Below the pieces are notes generated by a model. That model did no database searches. It was not told where the DNA came from and was given only the letters and a program-made list of their open reading frames with translations. This document shows positions 54,851-64,000 of a stretch of 64,000 nucleotides of DNA, piece after piece. Position 1 is the first letter of the stretch. Each line of letters opens with the position of its first letter. The stretch lies in the sequence record MN871453.1; one strand, 5' to 3'. A program made the position numbers and the translations under genes.

Positions 54851-57037
54851 TTATAAAGGACCGCAATCGAAAATTTTATACAGGTGTATAGTTTCACCTG
54901 CTCCTAATCCACTGAGATCCAAACGTAATTGAACTTTATTCATTTGCTGCCCATTTCGGTGATAAGCCAAATAAGGGGTATCATTAAACTTCGTAGGTGT
55001 TGCTGAATTACTGAGTACTATTGTCGCCCCTAAAACAGAAGCAGACTTACTCGATGTTTTATACATCCCCAAGGAATCTTTACTTTTAAGTATAATGCAC
55101 CCGGTAGAACCTGTAATTGTTCTGGGGTTGGATGAACTCCCTCCTATAATGGAACATTGAATGGAGTTGAGTACACCACTTTGAACCGTCCTATCAGCGT
55201 AAAGTTTAAACTCGCAATATGACCCGATACCATAACCCGATTGTTTGGTAATTGCTATCGAAGGATAAGTTACCCCGTCGACTGTAATTGTAGAAGTTAC
55301 GGCAGATAACCTCGCTGTAGTATGGGGATCAGTGTTAGTCTCGGTATCAAGACCTCTAACCTCGAACTCTACTTGACTATATGGATGCGCTAATCCGCTA
55401 TCCTGGAGATTGTAAATTGTATTAGGGTAGTTTGTGTTATTTATTGCACTAACATTATTAGCCGTGTCTTTGATGATAATACGTGAACGTTCTAGTCCGT
55501 AGTTCGCCCAGGCGTCAATACCCGCTCGGTTAACTACCACTCCGTCAAGTAGAAAAACAGATGTCCCGGTATTATAAAAGAAGACAGGTACCGTCCCATA
55601 ATTTCCGCCGGACATTGGTCTGATTACACCGCCGTTTATTTCTACAATTGTATTTCCGCCGCACCGGAACATATTGTTAACGATAGAACTAGCATTTCCC
55701 CATTCAAAGTGACAATTCGTAAAGAACAGAAGTTGAGTGGTGGACATATCGAAGGGGTAAATTGTCCCTAAGTTACCATAACCGCCAAAGTAATCAAATG
55801 AACATTCTTTGAAGCGAATCTCCCATTGAGAGTCAGTGCCATTGAATTGAAGATTATAGACATTCATGTCAAAAACACAATCTTCAAAACTTAAGTTTTC
55901 GCCTCTATCGGTGAGTGTTGTTCCTGCAACTACCTTTTCATCAGAAACCGCTGCATAACAGTGCAAAAACCTACACTTTCTAAACGTTAACAAGTAACTG
56001 TGACTCGAAAATACGATAGCTGTGTGGAAATGCTTGATCAGTACACTTTCAGCGTCAAAACCGTTTAAAGAAGTATCGGTTTTAAAGTATAAACCATGAA
56101 TCTTAGCAAGCAGGGTACTCCCTATATTACCGTTGAATGCCGGTCCAATTATTTCTACGCCCGACATTTTACCTACACGATAAAATACTTCAGTATTGAC
56201 TCTTCTACTGGTCGTTAACGTAACAGCGTATAAATTAGAACCCGTTGGGATTTGAGAGGCAGTTATTTTACTAAAATCTAGTAGCATGTTCTCGATGTTA
56301 AAGTAGCTGAGATCTACTGTGATCCCCTCACTTAAAACATAGGTTCTTCCCTGGCCATCAATCCGAGAAACACGGCTGTTAGGAAAAGATTTAAAATAGT
56401 TATAAAGGTTTTTAAATGCTTGGGTGTCATCGGTAGTACCGTCACCATATGCTCCAAAGTCATAAAGAGAAAAGTCATTTTTGTTTGCCCTTTCCCAATA
56501 AAACCCAGGACCAACAATAACAATACCTGTATATTCAGTTGCTGTCCCTATTCTTCCAACGAATTCACCACCGCCATAAAGGCTCGGCGCCCTAAACCCA
56601 CGAACTTTTACTTTCTGACCATCGATTAAAACAGGTAATGTTCGTAAATCTTCGATTGAGGGGACTTCCTTTATTAAGGAATACCCATAATAGGTAAACC
56701 ATTGCTGCATGAAGGAAAGTGTGGAATATACTAACTTATTTCCGTTAACGTCAACAATCGCCTCGGCAACGCCGTTACGATTGTAATACGGGTTAACTGA
56801 TAGTTTTTGATTATCTGTATAAACGTAGAAGATTTGATTGGCGGTAGTTGCAGCCAATCCGGCAACGGTAGTACTATATGCATTTTTGAAATTGAGTATA
56901 TCTCTTAAGTCGGAGATACTCATTGCAGCGGAGAGGTTCTCATTATTATTCAACTGGGAAATGAACACTACATCCGAATCATTGACCGGGGTACTGGGTC
57001 TGGAAAGTTCAGAAAGTTTAACGTAAATTTCTGACAT
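54851..57037 (-). CDS. tailspike/depolymerase with KISEL-type anchor
   Basis: KLSEL...FKNAY...FYVYTD; SLYDFGAYGDGTTDDT. Confidence 0.88.
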   Translation of the reverse strand: MSEIYVKLSELSRPSTPVNDSDVVFISQLNNNENLSAAMSISDLRDILNFKNAYSTTVAGLAATTANQIFYVYTDNQKLSVNPYYNRNGVAEAIVDVNGNKLVYSTLSFMQQWFTYYGYSLIKEVPSIEDLRTLPVLIDGQKVKVRGFRAPSLYGGGEFVGRIGTATEYTGIVIVGPGFYWERANKNDFSLYDFGAYGDGTTDDTQAFKNLYNYFKSFPNSRVSRIDGQGRTYVLSEGITVDLSYFNIENMLLDFSKITASQIPTGSNLYAVTLTTSRRVNTEVFYRVGKMSGVEIIGPAFNGNIGSTLLAKIHGLYFKTDTSLNGFDAESVLIKHFHTAIVFSSHSYLLTFRKCRFLHCYAAVSDEKVVAGTTLTDRGENLSFEDCVFDMNVYNLQFNGTDSQWEIRFKECSFDYFGGYGNLGTIYPFDMSTTQLLFFTNCHFEWGNASSIVNNMFRCGGNTIVEINGGVIRPMSGGNYGTVPVFFYNTGTSVFLLDGVVVNRAGIDAWANYGLERSRIIIKDTANNVSAINNTNYPNTIYNLQDSGLAHPYSQVEFEVRGLDTETNTDPHTTARLSAVTSTITVDGVTYPSIAITKQSGYGIGSYCEFKLYADRTVQSGVLNSIQCSIIGGSSSNPRTITGSTGCIILKSKDSLGMYKTSSKSASVLGATIVLSNSATPTKFNDTPYLAYHRNGQQMNKVQLRLDLSGLGAGETIHLYKIFDCGPL

Positions 57038-57068
57038 TGTTGTTCCCTCTAATTAAAGGTAAGTTACT

Positions 57069-57116
57069 CATACATACGAACAGTTTAGAGACAACCTCGG
57101 GAACGTTTCGTATGAC
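57069..57116. promoter_or_regulatory. divergent late promoters
   Basis: GTTCGTATG on minus (core 57073-57076) and GTTTCGTATGAC on plus (core 57111-57114). Confidence 0.7.
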
Positions 57117-57143
57117 CATTTTTGTTTACGCTGGAGTTGTGAA

Positions 57144-59189
57144 ATGACCGATATCATTGCATTGAAAATCTCTGAACTATCACCCAGTTCTAATCCGTCA
57201 GAGAATGCGTTTCTTCCGCTATCAGAAGCGAATGCAAGCGGCTCTGAAAAAGTCAGTATTAGTACCCTCAGAGAAACGTTAGGTTTTGAGAACGCGTATG
57301 GGACGATTGCTGCTGCGCTCACTGCAACCACAGAGGGGAATGTTTTCTTTGTTTACGAAGACAGTACACGGGACTATGTCTTGGGATATGTAAACCAAGG
57401 GAACGGAACCTATTCTGCATTAATGTCAGACAGTACGACACAAGTTCGCTACGCGACGAATGCGCATATTGTCAACTCTTTATTCATGTTACAAGGAGTA
57501 GAAAGTTTCGATGCGTTACGTACCCTCAAACCGTGGTACGAAGGACAACGTGTCACGTTGAAGAGTTACTACAAAGACGGGGTTACGGGTGCTGGTATCT
57601 TCATTGCGCGTTTAGGAGTAAATGCAGATGACAACGGCACGATTGCCGCGGGGAACGGATTCTACTGGCAACGGATTATTACAGATCAGTTGTCTTTTGA
57701 GGACTTTGGTGCAGTCGGGGGCGGCGTACTGGACGATACTAGTAATATTCAAAAAGCGGTCAACTACTGTGCCAAAAATGGCATTGCACTAACGTGTTTA
57801 GGGAAAGTATACGCGGTCAGTACCGTAAATTTCCCAACCGATTTAGTGATCGATATGCGTAATGCAGTACTTTTGTCGCTGCCCTCTGTTACGACGGGTT
57901 ATACCTTAACAATCAGCGGCTATTTGTCACCTGCGGCTAATCCAGGGAAATTTGATAATATTCGCGTTCAGCGTACCTTAATTAATACTCATCAACCCGA
58001 CACTAACAGTGTCGTAGACGGCGTGTCATTTGGTGTCGATGCGCACAATATTTCCTTCTACAATCTTAAGGTCTCTGGGTTTAGGGACGGGGTTTGTTTT
58101 AACGGGAAGAGTGCTTACCTCATTCGTTTATACAGCCCAATCATCGGACAATGTTGGCGCCGAGGGATGGCCTTTTATGCGAATACTGATTCTAATGAGA
58201 ACGTGACTATTTACGGTGGCGTGATTGCAGATTGTTGTAATTTTACTTTCGACGGTACCGGGCTCTACTTATCAGGGAGTGCCTCGAGTATCGATGTCAG
58301 GTTCTTTGGAACCAGTTTTGATTATTGCGACATCTCAGTTGATATTTATCAGTCTAACGTCGAGCTCCACGGTTGTCACTTGGAAAACAATAACAACAAC
58401 CCTCATATTCGACTTTCGTACACCTCAACCAAAAACCAACCCTATCTGATCATGAAAGGGGGAACAATGGGCGGCGGACCGAACGCGAACTCGTGGAGCG
58501 GTATTCCGATAGAAAATAGTACGGGTCGCCCTTACCTCGTCTTCATTACTAACACTGGCGGTGCCCACGTAGATATTGATGGAACTGACACCAGTAAATA
58601 CATGACAGGAGTCAGGAGAACTACCGAGATCGTAGGTGTAGAAGGGGATAACTACCAGTTGATCGGGACCTTAAGGGTGAGGAACAAAATGACCTCTGGA
58701 AACATGGATAACGCCAGCCGCCCCATGCGACCTTGTAGTGCTCTTAACGTGATTCTGATCAACCAGTATCAAACTGCCGCATGGACACCGAGTTACACTA
58801 ACGCAGACCTAACTTATACGATTGATACTACGAATTACTCTAACCCTAATTCACCACACTCACGAAAAATTACACAAGGAAGCGTACGTAACGTCTCTTA
58901 CTGGCAGGACGTGACACTGCGCGGCGGAGATATCTTCCACGCGGAGGCCGAAATCAAAATTACTTCGTTGACGGCTGGTTACGTCGCACTTCGAGTGGAT
59001 TTTTACGACTCTGCCGGGAACGTAATACAATCGTCAATCAAATCTGTATCTGCGGTGACGACCGATTGGAATAACGTGTGGGTCTGGTTACGTGCGCCAA
59101 ACGGTACAGTCAAGGCAAAAGTTCAAGAGTACTTAAACGGCTTTGTTGGAACAGCATATTTCACCAATGAACACGTTTGGATTTCTTAA
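57144..59189 (+). CDS. tailspike/depolymerase with KISEL anchor
   Basis: KISEL...LGFENAY...FFVYED; SFEDFGAVGGGVLDDT; C-terminal CBM-like domain. Confidence 0.88.
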   Translation: MTDIIALKISELSPSSNPSENAFLPLSEANASGSEKVSISTLRETLGFENAYGTIAAALTATTEGNVFFVYEDSTRDYVLGYVNQGNGTYSALMSDSTTQVRYATNAHIVNSLFMLQGVESFDALRTLKPWYEGQRVTLKSYYKDGVTGAGIFIARLGVNADDNGTIAAGNGFYWQRIITDQLSFEDFGAVGGGVLDDTSNIQKAVNYCAKNGIALTCLGKVYAVSTVNFPTDLVIDMRNAVLLSLPSVTTGYTLTISGYLSPAANPGKFDNIRVQRTLINTHQPDTNSVVDGVSFGVDAHNISFYNLKVSGFRDGVCFNGKSAYLIRLYSPIIGQCWRRGMAFYANTDSNENVTIYGGVIADCCNFTFDGTGLYLSGSASSIDVRFFGTSFDYCDISVDIYQSNVELHGCHLENNNNNPHIRLSYTSTKNQPYLIMKGGTMGGGPNANSWSGIPIENSTGRPYLVFITNTGGAHVDIDGTDTSKYMTGVRRTTEIVGVEGDNYQLIGTLRVRNKMTSGNMDNASRPMRPCSALNVILINQYQTAAWTPSYTNADLTYTIDTTNYSNPNSPHSRKITQGSVRNVSYWQDVTLRGGDIFHAEAEIKITSLTAGYVALRVDFYDSAGNVIQSSIKSVSAVTTDWNNVWVWLRAPNGTVKAKVQEYLNGFVGTAYFTNEHVWIS

Positions 59190-59202
59190 GAAGGAACTCA
59201 CT

Positions 59203-59424
59203 ATGTTTCAAGTAGGCGACACCGTTCGCATCCTTTCTTGTCAAACTCGAGAAGACTTAGTTGGGAAAGAAACGACCATCAGTGCACTGGACGCTAAACT
59301 GAAAGATTTGGCTTGGGCAGATATCTACGGAATGGATCAATATATTTCGGTGGTCATCGATACCGATGCACGGTTTATTGCGGCTCAATTGGAACTCGTA
59401 GCCAGTGACATTGAAGGCTCTTAA
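59203..59424 (+). CDS. small KOW/SH3-like protein
   Basis: Start MFQVGDTVRI with AAGGA RBS. Confidence 0.6.
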   Translation: MFQVGDTVRILSCQTREDLVGKETTISALDAKLKDLAWADIYGMDQYISVVIDTDARFIAAQLELVASDIEGS

Positions 59425-59432
59425 GTTATAGG

Positions 59433-59460
59433 CAATGAGGGGACCTAAGTCCCCTCATTG
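59433..59460 (+). terminator. hairpin terminator
   Basis: caatgaggggac/gtcccctcattg. Confidence 0.7.
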
Positions 59461-59464
59461 CCTT

Positions 59465-59476
59465 GTTTCGTATGAC
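59465..59476 (+). promoter_or_regulatory. late promoter (GTTTCGTATGAC)
   Basis: Identical 12-mer to 57105-57116. Confidence 0.7.
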
Positions 59477-59500
59477 AATCCTCTTTCAGGAATAAAAAAC

Positions 59501-61459
59501 ATGTCTAATGAAACACAGAAAATTAGCGAGTTGCTCAATACGTCCATCATTTCAGAGAACACTATTCTTCCCGTAGTTGCTGCTGAAGGTGAGACCAATT
59601 CCATCGATATTATCACTTTACGCTCGGCGTTGTTATTTGATAAAGCGTTTGAGACTAACGCAGCGGGTAATGCAGCGACTAGTAAAAACGATTCTTATTT
59701 TGTTTATACCGATGCCACCAAAACAGCCGTATTGGGCTGGATGAACCAGGGCGGGGATTCTTATTCGCCTCTCCTCGATATTAACGGTGCACAAATCCGT
59801 TTTATTGCGGGTCAAACTATCCGAGGGCTGGATTATTTCACAAATGGGGTTAACTCATTTGCGGATCTGAGAACACTGGCTCCGTTGTATTCTGGGCAGC
59901 GCATTAAATTAAAGGCTTGGGCGGCGGGAGAAAAGACAGGCGGTGGTGAATTTATTGCTGTCTTCGGAACAGCGACCGACGACGGCGGGATAATAGCCGC
60001 GGGAAACGGGTATTACTGGGAAAGAGTGATCAATGGCGGGCTAAATCCAGAGATGTTCGGGGCTATCGGGAACGGTGTAGTTGACGACAGTAATAGTTTA
60101 TCTAAATTTCTACTGGCTTTAGCAAATAGAGCCAGATATTTAACGTCAATAACATTTGTTCCGGCTATAGGTTATCTCAACGGTATCTACAGAATAACAA
60201 AAACTATTACTGTAGATGGCGGTAAAGTAAGATTAACTACCAACACTGTTGGTTGCATCTTTTGTGACCCTACAGGGACTTACGAAAGCACCGGATGTAT
60301 TAAAGTAACCAATAATTACCTTAACTCTGCTTTTGTTGGACAGTACGCAGCACTATTTGAAAATATTTCTTTCGTCAGTACAGGAAGAACACTCACCGCA
60401 ATTTACGCTGTGAGGGGAGATGCTGTGAGCGGTAATAACGGTGCGTGTCTTCATAACGTTTTTAAATGTTCGTTTAAAGGCTTCAGTAAAATTTTTACAC
60501 ATGGACCTGGCGGTTGGGGTTGGAACTGGGTAGGTTGTCAATTTTCCGATAGTACCAATTTGATGGTAATTGAGGATCAAGACGACACTTATGAAAGGCA
60601 TAGTTTTGATGGATGTATTTTCCAAAACGGCGGGGTTGCGTTTACAATAAATAACCCCGATGGGAAAGTCTATTGGAAAAATGGTTCTATGGACTACTGC
60701 ACCGGCGCAGCTACAATTACTGCCGGTTTCATAGAACTTAATGGTCATTTCGAGTGGACAGCTAGAACCGTAGATTTCATTACACTTTTATCGAGTAATG
60801 CGGCTGCTTCTATCTCGGGTGCAATGTTTATTCGTAACAATACTTCTGGTTCTACCTATTACGTCATTAATCAATACCAAGATAAGCAAGTAAAAGTAGA
60901 TAATTTGGTCGTTATATCTGACGGTAATTACATTGCCAATGGAGTACTCTCAAATAGAGAGTTGTTAAAGGGAACGATTTTTGCGCAGAACGACGCGTCT
61001 AAATCTGTGCTCTATCACTCAGCCGATGAAAACTTAATGTCGGGAACGACGTCTTACTCTCAAGTAACCTTGACTAATACTACTCAGTTCTCTTATTCAA
61101 TAACTGACGGTTCTTTGGCGATAGCTTGTTCAGCAGGCGGGCAAAGTGGCTTTCTCTACCTTGACGTCCCAGTGACTAATAAAAAGTTTTATGCTTACAA
61201 ATTGGTTGCGAGTAACACATCTACTGGTTCGGTATTCTTGGAGAAAACCGTACTGAATACAAATAAAGATACGATAAGAACCGACACAAGTTCTGGTACT
61301 ACTAGTTGGGTGGCGGGTTCTAATTCGGTAGCAGGAGGTACAGTGACGTTATTGTCATTACCTCCGGCGGCGGCTTTTATACGAATTAAATTTAATCTTT
61401 CGTCTATGACCACGGGAAGTACGTTCACTATTAGTTCATTGAAAACTTTTACTTTTTAA
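59501..61459 (+). CDS. tailspike/depolymerase with KISEL anchor
   Basis: Start MSNETQKISEL; YFVYTD; NPEMFGAIGNGVVDDS. Confidence 0.88.
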   Translation: MSNETQKISELLNTSIISENTILPVVAAEGETNSIDIITLRSALLFDKAFETNAAGNAATSKNDSYFVYTDATKTAVLGWMNQGGDSYSPLLDINGAQIRFIAGQTIRGLDYFTNGVNSFADLRTLAPLYSGQRIKLKAWAAGEKTGGGEFIAVFGTATDDGGIIAAGNGYYWERVINGGLNPEMFGAIGNGVVDDSNSLSKFLLALANRARYLTSITFVPAIGYLNGIYRITKTITVDGGKVRLTTNTVGCIFCDPTGTYESTGCIKVTNNYLNSAFVGQYAALFENISFVSTGRTLTAIYAVRGDAVSGNNGACLHNVFKCSFKGFSKIFTHGPGGWGWNWVGCQFSDSTNLMVIEDQDDTYERHSFDGCIFQNGGVAFTINNPDGKVYWKNGSMDYCTGAATITAGFIELNGHFEWTARTVDFITLLSSNAAASISGAMFIRNNTSGSTYYVINQYQDKQVKVDNLVVISDGNYIANGVLSNRELLKGTIFAQNDASKSVLYHSADENLMSGTTSYSQVTLTNTTQFSYSITDGSLAIACSAGGQSGFLYLDVPVTNKKFYAYKLVASNTSTGSVFLEKTVLNTNKDTIRTDTSSGTTSWVAGSNSVAGGTVTLLSLPPAAAFIRIKFNLSSMTTGSTFTISSLKTFTF

Positions 61460-61474
61460 ACTATTAACAAACAC

Positions 61475-61506
61475 AGACAGAGAGAGCCGTTTGGCTCTCT
61501 CTGTCT
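61475..61506. terminator. bidirectional terminator
   Basis: 14-bp stem between convergent 59501 and 61513 genes. Confidence 0.75.
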
Positions 61507-61512
61507 CTTCTA

Positions 61513-62079
61513 TTAACTTTCGGTTTGTTCAACCAGAATGAATTTGCTGTCTTCGGTGTTAATCGCTTTACCAGATTCGGTAAGCAGAGAACCACGAGGA
61601 ATCTTACTCCCGCCACTACAAGTGACGTCAAGGTTACCTGACCAGACGTGGCTGTTATAAGTCGTACCGGCTTTGGTCTGGATCGTCACCACTGCGGTTT
61701 CCCCGGACGGAATGAACGGCAGGTAATCGTCCGCATTCGCGACGTCTTCGAGGTCGATATAAAGAGAATATTTCGTTTTGATCAGCGACAACAGATCAGC
61801 TACAGTACTTGCTGTTTCCGGCAGGACTAACGTAGGACCAACCGACGCCATCAATTTGTTCAGTTCGATACGGGTGTAAGTAAAGGTCTTACTCCCGGTT
61901 ACCGGAGAACGACCTGTAACGAGCACGGAGACACGATCTTCTGTACCCGGTACCGTAGAACCAGTGATGTTACCAAAGCTCAGGTAGCTGGCGTTGAGCG
62001 GCGTAGTGAGGTTATTCTGCTGACTGATCAGATCAGCGAGAATCTCGTATTTGGGACGACCGAATAAATCGACGTACAT
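61513..62079 (-). CDS. short virion protein with phiKZ-type N-domain only (candidate fibre adaptor)
   Basis: Same domain as 33310/35396 (YTRIELNKL...IKTKYSLYIDLED); C-terminal LLTESG..INTED. Confidence 0.65.
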   Translation of the reverse strand: MYVDLFGRPKYEILADLISQQNNLTTPLNASYLSFGNITGSTVPGTEDRVSVLVTGRSPVTGSKTFTYTRIELNKLMASVGPTLVLPETASTVADLLSLIKTKYSLYIDLEDVANADDYLPFIPSGETAVVTIQTKAGTTYNSHVWSGNLDVTCSGGSKIPRGSLLTESGKAINTEDSKFILVEQTES

Positions 62080-62128
62080 TGTGTATACTCCATCTTAATT
62101 TTGTAAGCTTACACAGTAATGCGTGCTA

Positions 62129-62515
62129 TCACCAAATCGGCTCGCCACGATCAATAAATCGAATTCTTTCTTTTCTACAGAGTTTTTCTAGGATATCTTT
62201 TAAGAGGTGACGATGACAGAAGCAGTCGTGTTTACAATAGCAGGCTAAACAAATCCGTTCCTGATTAATCAACCACAGCCACGGTTCCGGATTTTTGATA
62301 AATCGTTCACGAGTCAACCGGTAATAGATATCAACGTATTCCGCTTCACTGACAATACCTTGCTTAAATGGCCAGAGTAATTCTGGAGTGGGCGCAAAGT
62401 CTTTTATTCCGCTTTTTAAGGTGGTATCGACAAAGACAATATCCAGTCCTTCCCAAACTCGCCAATCAGGTATTCTGCCTGTCCATACTTCGAGTTGCTT
62501 GAATGAACGAAACAT
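62129..62515 (-). CDS. DUF488-family protein
   Basis: Start MFRSF (GGAGGAG RBS); FAPTPELL, ICLACYC....FCHRHLL. Confidence 0.75.
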   Translation of the reverse strand: MFRSFKQLEVWTGRIPDWRVWEGLDIVFVDTTLKSGIKDFAPTPELLWPFKQGIVSEAEYVDIYYRLTRERFIKNPEPWLWLINQERICLACYCKHDCFCHRHLLKDILEKLCRKERIRFIDRGEPIW

Positions 62516-62565
62516 CTCTCCTCCGTTCAATGAAACCAAAAAAAAAAACAATGAGACGATTAACC

Positions 62566-62589
62566 TGCTTAGGTCAAATGACCTAAGCA
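62566..62589 (-). terminator. hairpin terminator
   Basis: tgcttaggtc/gacctaagca + U tract nearby. Confidence 0.65.
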
Positions 62590-63104
62590 TAGAAGTTTAA
62601 CCATTCCAGAAAACGCCGACTGCGTTTTTCGATGTTCCCTTCAACTGGGTATCTTGATGCGTAATCTTCGTTGAGGGTCAGCGGATAAAACTCTGGGTTT
62701 CTCTCGGTGGCGTACATTAAATGCAATACGTAGTGCCGGGTACCGTAAACGTCCAGGAAAGTCCAGAGTACATAACGTTGAAAGGCGTGCTTAAACGTAT
62801 CCAATCTCAGCTTTTTGAACAGTCGATAAAATTCCGTGATATCAATCTTTAGTGCTTCAAGACTAGTGATCTGAACTGGGACACCGAGCTGAAGTGATAA
62901 CCGGAATCCCCGGCAACGATACTCCCTCGCATTCATTCCCAGATATTCGACGATCAGTTTAGACCCGATGCGTTTATACGTTATATCCGTGGTCGCACGC
63001 GTCGTTTCACCTACACGTCTACCGAAGGTGGTGGTGTCAATTCGATATTTTGCCAGGTCTTCTACGGCTTTCAGAAAGGACAATTTACTGACTTTGAGGC
63101 GCAT
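62583..63104 (-). CDS. hypothetical protein
   Basis: ORF between terminators. Confidence 0.6.
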   Translation of the reverse strand: MRLKVSKLSFLKAVEDLAKYRIDTTTFGRRVGETTRATTDITYKRIGSKLIVEYLGMNAREYRCRGFRLSLQLGVPVQITSLEALKIDITEFYRLFKKLRLDTFKHAFQRYVLWTFLDVYGTRHYVLHLMYATERNPEFYPLTLNEDYASRYPVEGNIEKRSRRFLEWLNFYA

Positions 63105-63130
63105 AGTTTCTCTCTTCGAAAAATAAAAGA

Positions 63131-63152
63131 AAGAGAGGCCAGCGCCTCTCTT
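63131..63152 (-). terminator. intrinsic terminator
   Basis: aagagaggc/gcctctctt + U tract. Confidence 0.7.
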
Positions 63153-63157
63153 GGTAT

Positions 63158-63709
63158 TTACGCTCTGACCTGTTTCAGCCAGGCGTCGTCAAGACCCGCT
63201 TCTTTCGCGGTTTTACGATTCACGTACTCGGTCAGGTCTGGATCGTGACGGGTCACCAGGAAATGCAGGGCACGGAGACCGGCTAACCAGAAATCGGTTT
63301 CGAGGAATTTGTATTCGCACGCCGGATGGAGGACAGTGAATTCCCAGCATTCCGCTTCGTCAGATTCCGTTTCCGCCACGTTGCGGTACTTGATCTGACC
63401 ACTGGTTGATTCCAGATAACGATTAACAGCCTGGATTGACAATGCGTGACCTTTAGGGACATCGAAGCCCAAACCGATGAACAGTGAATGGGTCAGGGAC
63501 ATCTTGGAGATACGATCAACGTACTCTTCGTGTTTGGCGATGATCTCTTCTTTGCTCGGCGGGACTTCGCCGTCTTTGATGATTTCCGGGTAAGAGGAAT
63601 CAACCAGCACGAAGTCTTCGTGTTTGAAATCCTTCAGGACTTCCTGTTTCATTTCGCTGTCAATAGTTGCGGCAGCAGAGATTGCTTCGTTTACAACGGT
63701 GTTTTCCAT
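63158..63709 (-). CDS. hypothetical protein
   Basis: ORF between terminators. Confidence 0.7.
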   Translation of the reverse strand: MENTVVNEAISAAATIDSEMKQEVLKDFKHEDFVLVDSSYPEIIKDGEVPPSKEEIIAKHEEYVDRISKMSLTHSLFIGLGFDVPKGHALSIQAVNRYLESTSGQIKYRNVAETESDEAECWEFTVLHPACEYKFLETDFWLAGLRALHFLVTRHDPDLTEYVNRKTAKEAGLDDAWLKQVRA

Positions 63710-63739
63710 TTGATAATTAACCTAATTGAAAGAAAAGAA

Positions 63740-63762
63740 AAAGCGGGGAAACACCCCGCTTT
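63740..63762 (-). terminator. intrinsic terminator
   Basis: aaagcgggg/ccccgcttt + U tract. Confidence 0.7.
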
Positions 63763-63785
63763 ATTAAACTACCCGGCCGCCGAAA

Positions 63786-64000
63786 TTAATCGGACAGTTC
63801 GGAAGTTTTGGATTCGATCATACGGCGAACTGCGACGTGATCTTCGCGCTCTTTACGGCGATATGCCACGGTCACCGACGGGTCTTTCATGGTGCCGTCA
63901 GCCTTTTTACCGGTCGGCGGAGTATAGTTAACCGCAACGCCTGTTTTACCCGTCTGGATAACACCCCAAACGCGTTTGGTGTCGCGATGAGTTTTCAGGT
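63786..64000 (-). CDS. partial CDS (C-terminus; start outside window)
   Basis: Hand-read open frame ...LKTHRDTKRVWGVIQTGK...SKTSELSD* followed by a terminator. Confidence 0.65.
   Translation of the reverse strand, partial: LKTHRDTKRVWGVIQTGKTGVAVNYTPPTGKKADGTMKDPSVTVAYRRKEREDHVAVRRMIESKTSELSD

Noticed and set aside
57038-61512. Invertible (Gin/Cin-like) host-range switch
   Set aside because: No recombinase gene in the window and no inverted repeats at the block ends; both genes have their own complete N-termini
1444-63152. GAGAGG/CCTCTC repeats as a mobile or REP-like element
   Set aside because: They are non-identical terminator stems placed at gene ends
282-63931. Numerous antisense or nested ORFs in the track (e.g. 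458-1111, 19600-19896, 48566-49129, 63488-63931)
   Set aside because: They overlap well-supported genes on the opposite strand or frame, with no RBS or recognisable motifs
1-64000. tRNA genes, CRISPR array, stop-codon reassignment
   Set aside because: No cloverleaf or repeat-spacer pattern seen in the short intergenic gaps; TAA, TAG and TGA all end genes at sensible positions

Overview
A 64-kb stretch of a phiKZ-like (nucleus-forming-type) jumbo myophage genome, probably with an enterobacterial host; both points are inferred from gene content and promoter motifs. Genes are densely packed and almost all on the minus strand. Left half (1-33.2 kb): early/accessory genes with many small hypotheticals plus RtcB, a Tpt1/KptA 2'-phosphotransferase, two macrodomains, a NADAR-like protein, NadR + PnuC, an HD protein, SspB, ThyA with three related inserts, dUTPase and two AAA ATPases. 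Right half (33.3-62.1 kb): a receptor-binding array of 12 large tailspike/fibre/beta-helix genes plus a short anchor-domain protein, built from a few shared N-terminal docking modules. Most tailspike genes are bracketed by a hairpin terminator and a TATG late-promoter motif. Read directly from the sequence: an early promoter consensus CTATAT(C/T)AC-N5-TG (6 copies), a candidate ~118-nt early ncRNA/leader at 38936-39053, and two small ORFs missing from the ORF track. No tRNA, rRNA, CRISPR array, integrase or transposase was recognised. All family calls come from motif recognition, not database searches.
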